Positions 60,132 to 64,000 of a stretch of 64,000 bases of DNA are shown here, piece by piece. A program made the translations under genes and the position numbers. The stretch is from an uncultured bacterium (GTDB lineage: Bacteria > Auribacterota > Erginobacteria > Erginobacterales > Erginobacteraceae). The stretch's first letter is position 1, and each line of letters opens with the position of its first letter. The notes beneath the pieces were generated by a model. It was given only the letters and a program-made list of their open reading frames with translations. It made no database searches and was not told the DNA's origin. The DNA is taken from assembly GCA_963822585.1 (NCBI GenBank), contig CAWGIE010000019.1, positions 64,001 through 128,000 of the forward strand. The letters run 5' to 3'.

Positions 60132-62828
60132 ATGCGGGACAACGAGAGAAAAAACCGGAACCATAAGCACCATTCGCCGCCGATCGGGAGGTCGATCCTT
60201 TCCCTCCTGCTGACGATCGGCAGCCTGGTGATTCTCCCCTCACCGGCCGGGGCGGAGTTCCCGTCCGGCTGGCCCTGGAAGATCACCCACCTCGTTTACC
60301 CGACGCTCGGGCAGCCGGTCATTATCAAGCAGGGTGAAACGTTCACGATCGAGTTCGACTGTATCGGCAAAGGCGAGGGAACGAATCAGCCGGCTGTCTC
60401 CGAGTGGACGGCGACCCTCAGCTCCTCCAATGACCGCTGGCCCACCGAGATGGCGTGTCCCATCGAATCGTCCACCAACGGTATCTCCGAAAGATGGCCG
60501 GGCGATTCCACCGTCGATTACTGGAAAGGATCAGGCCCCTGGGCGGGAAAAGAGGTCTGGAAGGTGACCGTCCGGGTCCCCTCCGATACCCGTCCCGATC
60601 TTTACGATCTCCTGGTGACGGCGGAGGGCGCGGCCTGGGTCAGCGACTCCCAGCCTCACGCGGTCCGGGTGGTGGACGGGTACAAGGACGAGTATACCTT
60701 CATCCAGATCACCGACTTCCACATCAACGACCCCCGGGGCCCCGCCAGCTGGGTCGCGCTGCCGGAACCGCATCCCGACTCGGAGGAGTTCCGGGATTAT
60801 GCCTACAATCTGAAGGCGATCGACGACGTCAACCGGCTCAATCCCGACTTCGTGATCATGTCCGGGGATACCGTCTTCGGCATCCCCTTCTTCGTCGAAT
60901 TTCCCTGGGAGAGCACCGGGATCACCGATTTCTGCGGGACCGCGCCGGACTGGAACGGCGAATACAACAAGACCTACGAGCAGATCCTCCGGCTTGACGT
61001 CCCGATCGTCTGCCTCCCCGGCAATCATGACACCTACAATATGGAGATATATAATATTCTGGTCAGCGACTGGACCGGGCTCGAAGGACATGTCAAGCAG
61101 GACGGGGCCGAGATCTGGCCCACCGTCTTCTCCCCCCGCTATTTCGGCTGGGAGTACGGCGACAAAGTCCATTTTACCTGTATCTGGACCTACGACAAGC
61201 ACGCCCGGGAGTTCAACCCTCTGGAGCAAAACACCCGCAACTTCTTGAGCGGGGCCTGGATCTTCCCGGAGGCGGAACTGCCCCAGAACCTCCTGGCCGG
61301 GGGAAGAGTGCAGGCGGACCAGATGGACTGGATCGCCCGGGACCTCCAGGAAGCCGGCGGAAATTACGACCTGCTGGCGATGGCTTCTCACCATCCTTTC
61401 TTTGGCGAATACGGAGAAGGGGATAGTTTCGACGACCAGACCAACCGGGATGAACTGATCGCCCTCAGCCACCAGACCGGCGTCCGGCTCGCCGTCTCGG
61501 GGCACACCCACGTCGACAACTTCTTCGAAGACACGTCCGGGCCGGAGGAGATCATTCATCTCAACACCACCTCCACCACCTTCAGCACCCGGGAATACCC
61601 CGGTTTCCGGCCCATCACCATCCGCGATGGGCACCCGGTCACCTATTACTACCGGTTCAACTCCCAGACCGAGTGTCTCTCCTACCCCGTCTATAAAGAC
61701 ACCATTCTGAAAAAGCACGCCGACCCGGTGGCGGCCTGGAACGACCTCACCCGCCTCAGTACCCCCTCGGTCGAGGGGTGGTTCAGCAGCACCGCCCCTT
61801 CCGCCGTTTCCAAGAGTTTCACCTGCCGCAATTACCTGACGGAAGGAGATCCGGCTGTCACCATTTCCGGTACCGTCATCGATTTCCTGATGCCCGACCT
61901 GGAATCCCCGGACAATTACCAGGTAACGGGCGGGACACTGCTCCGCTACTGGAACCCGATTTCCGGATACATCACCTTCCAGGTCCTGATCGACCCCGTC
62001 GGACCGGGAGGGGAGACCGTGACCACGGTGGGCGCCTCCGTCTCCCCGGAAGATCAGCCGATCATCCAGTCAGGCGATTACACCGGCGACGGGAGATCCG
62101 ATATCGCCGTCTTCCGGCCCTCCTCGGGCCTCTGGGCAGTCAGGGACCTGGGCCGGGTCTACTACGGCGCCGGAGGCGACATCCCTGCCTCCGGGGATTA
62201 CAACGGCGACGGCTACTCCGAGATCGCCCTCTTCCGCCCGGCGGCCGGTCTTTGGGCGGTCAGCGGGTTCACCCGCGTTTATTTCGGGCAGAACGGCGAC
62301 ATCGCCGCCCCCGCCGATTACGACGGTGACGGAACCTGCGACCCCGCCGTCTTCCGCCCCTCATCCGGGCTCTGGGCGGTCCGTGACTTCACCCGTGCCT
62401 ATTTCGGGACGGCGGGCGACCGGCCCGTCCCCGCGGATTACGACGGTTACGGCGGGGACGATATCGCCCTCTTCCGTCCGTCCACCGGGCTCTGGGCGAT
62501 CCGGGGGATCTCGCGCGCCTATTTCGGAGGACCCGGTGACGTCCCCATCCCCGGCGTATACCGCTGGCAAAGTCCCTCCTCTCCCCGCTCCACCCCGGCC
62601 CTCCGGAGCCAGATCGCCGTCTTTCGCCCCGCCACCGGCCTCTGGGCGATCAAGGGGGTGACCCGGACCTATTTCGGGCAGGCCAACGACGTCCCTCTCC
62701 GGGGCGATTTCACCGGGAATGCTCTCGACGACATCACAATCTTCCGCGGAGACTCCGGCCTCTGGGCCATCCGGGGAGTCACCCGCGCCTACTTCGGCAG
62801 GCCCGGTGACGTGCCGGTTACAAGATAG
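60132..62828 (+). CDS. Secreted calcineurin-like metallophosphoesterase with C-terminal FG-GAP-like repeats
   Basis: TDFH, SGD, PGNHD, SHHP, SGHTH; GDY.GDG..GLWA repeats. Confidence 0.88.
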   Translation: MRDNERKNRNHKHHSPPIGRSILSLLLTIGSLVILPSPAGAEFPSGWPWKITHLVYPTLGQPVIIKQGETFTIEFDCIGKGEGTNQPAVSEWTATLSSSNDRWPTEMACPIESSTNGISERWPGDSTVDYWKGSGPWAGKEVWKVTVRVPSDTRPDLYDLLVTAEGAAWVSDSQPHAVRVVDGYKDEYTFIQITDFHINDPRGPASWVALPEPHPDSEEFRDYAYNLKAIDDVNRLNPDFVIMSGDTVFGIPFFVEFPWESTGITDFCGTAPDWNGEYNKTYEQILRLDVPIVCLPGNHDTYNMEIYNILVSDWTGLEGHVKQDGAEIWPTVFSPRYFGWEYGDKVHFTCIWTYDKHAREFNPLEQNTRNFLSGAWIFPEAELPQNLLAGGRVQADQMDWIARDLQEAGGNYDLLAMASHHPFFGEYGEGDSFDDQTNRDELIALSHQTGVRLAVSGHTHVDNFFEDTSGPEEIIHLNTTSTTFSTREYPGFRPITIRDGHPVTYYYRFNSQTECLSYPVYKDTILKKHADPVAAWNDLTRLSTPSVEGWFSSTAPSAVSKSFTCRNYLTEGDPAVTISGTVIDFLMPDLESPDNYQVTGGTLLRYWNPISGYITFQVLIDPVGPGGETVTTVGASVSPEDQPIIQSGDYTGDGRSDIAVFRPSSGLWAVRDLGRVYYGAGGDIPASGDYNGDGYSEIALFRPAAGLWAVSGFTRVYFGQNGDIAAPADYDGDGTCDPAVFRPSSGLWAVRDFTRAYFGTAGDRPVPADYDGYGGDDIALFRPSTGLWAIRGISRAYFGGPGDVPIPGVYRWQSPSSPRSTPALRSQIAVFRPATGLWAIKGVTRTYFGQANDVPLRGDFTGNALDDITIFRGDSGLWAIRGVTRAYFGRPGDVPVTR

Positions 62829-62831
62829 TCA

Positions 62832-63050
62832 TCAGTAATCGGTAATCAGTGTCGCCTTTCCGGGCAAGACCTGGTGAGGGGGAACATTGGAAGTTGAACG
62901 TTGAAAGTTGAGCGTTGAACGTTCAGATTTTATCTTCCCACCCTCGGTTCAACCGATCACCGATTACCAGCTCTTTGCCTCTATTCCGCGGCTCCTGTCC
63001 CGCATCTTGCCTCCTTATCCCCCTTATCCCTTACCCCTTATCCCTGTCTT
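62832..63050. repeat. Nested heptamer repeat cluster
   Basis: CAGTAAT/GATTACC arms enclosing a TTGAACG run; (CCTTATC)n. Confidence 0.7.
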
Positions 63051-63075
63051 AATGGAATCGTGGATATAAATCTTC

Positions 63076-63103
63076 TTGACGGGGAACAGGCCATGGTTAA
63101 AAT
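63076..63103 (+). promoter_or_regulatory. Putative sigma70 promoter
   Basis: TTGACG-N16-TAAAAT upstream of the last gene. Confidence 0.45.
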
Positions 63104-63189
63104 ACATTCTGTCATTTACGCACCATGGTCCATTTTCGCCTTTACCCCATGGATTACATGATTTCCCAAACCGTTTCCCGGAGACCAGT

Positions 63190-64000
63190 ATGAAAAAAAC
63201 CGTTTTCCTTATGTGCTTTTTCCCGATCGTCTTTATCCATCCCTTCTCTCTTCCGGCCGCGACGCTGAGCCTCGACTATTCGACCTACCTGGGGGGGAGC
63301 GGCGGCGGCTACTCCCAGGCCCTGGAAGTGGATTCGGCCGGCTGCGCCTATGTCGCCGGCACCACCCGCTCGGGCGATTTTCCCACCGTGAACCCATACC
63401 AGTCGTCGCACTCCTCGCCGGGTTCGATCGGCATCGCCTTCATCACCAAATTCTCTTCCGGCGGTTCGACTCTGGTCTATTCGACCTACCTGGGAGACTG
63501 GGATGAGGTCGCCTACGACGTCGCCGTGGATTCAGCCGGGAACTGCTACGTCGCGGGGCGGACCAACTCGTTCAACGGCTTCCCGGTGGTCAACCCCTAC
63601 CAGTCCACCAGGAACGGCGGCTATGACGCCTTTATTTCCAAGCTTTCCTCGACCGGATCGTCCCTCCTCTTTTCCACCTACCTGGGCGGTTCCGCCAACG
63701 ATTACGGGATGTCGATCTCGGTCGAGGGTGATACCGCTTTCATCGGGGGAGGGACCTATTCCAGCAACTTTCCGACCGTCAATCCCTACCAGGCCAGTTT
63801 CGGCGGAGGGTCCTACGACGCCTTCGTCGTCCGGATCGACTCCACCGGCAGCACGCTCCTCTACTCGACTTACCTGGGCGGGAGCGGAAACGACGGGCCC
63901 TTTCTCTTGTTCTATCCCGCCAAGATGGGTCTCGCCGTCGACTCCGCCGGAGAAACCTACCTGACCGGTTTGACCACCTCCGCCGACTTCCCCACCGAGA
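63190..64000 (+). CDS. Secreted SBBP beta-propeller repeat protein, partial (absent from the ORF track)
   Basis: MKKTVFL...YSTYLGGS..VDSAGCAYVAGTT.S.DFPTVNPYQ repeats; open to the window end. Confidence 0.88.
   Translation, partial: MKKTVFLMCFFPIVFIHPFSLPAATLSLDYSTYLGGSGGGYSQALEVDSAGCAYVAGTTRSGDFPTVNPYQSSHSSPGSIGIAFITKFSSGGSTLVYSTYLGDWDEVAYDVAVDSAGNCYVAGRTNSFNGFPVVNPYQSTRNGGYDAFISKLSSTGSSLLFSTYLGGSANDYGMSISVEGDTAFIGGGTYSSNFPTVNPYQASFGGGSYDAFVVRIDSTGSTLLYSTYLGGSGNDGPFLLFYPAKMGLAVDSAGETYLTGLTTSADFPTE

Noticed and set aside
63213..63964. ORFs 63213-63506 and 63503-63964
   Set aside because: Wrong-frame overlaps of the SBBP gene starting at 63190

Overview
GC-rich bacterial chromosomal window with AT-rich, repeat-laden intergenic gaps. 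The PT-rich surface proteins carrying a GDYDGDG..GLWAIRG C-terminal repeat domain suggest a PVC-related candidate phylum, which is inference only. Housekeeping genes include an M29 aminopeptidase, fumarase beta, CobO, ilvC, tRNA-fMet, a DEAD-box helicase, rpoN and a Grx-TrxR fusion. Larger clusters are an ECF sigma/anti-sigma/HtrA-like/MoxR-Bat gene run, a PAS two-component pair, and a two-CsgG + TolC-MacAB export cluster with Pro/Thr-rich secreted proteins. The best candidates for an undescribed system are three. (i) An operon of a Zn-ribbon/TM/triple-OB-fold protein, an archaeal-type stand-alone TctA permease, a membrane metal-hydrolase and a mini-TctA (33.5-37.7 kb), possibly a nucleic-acid uptake system; a separate RPA-OB/TM/degenerate-nuclease fusion lies at 9.2-10.2 kb. 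(ii) Dispersed modular arrays in which a constant ~20-nt G-rich motif alternates with interchangeable simple-repeat modules. (iii) Further non-autonomous elements: a 162-bp MITE with 8-bp TSDs, a ~178-nt covarying structured element in three copies, and many empty inverted 7/8/9-mer cassettes. Several single-base frameshifts look like assembly errors. All protein calls come from motif recognition by eye; no searches were run.
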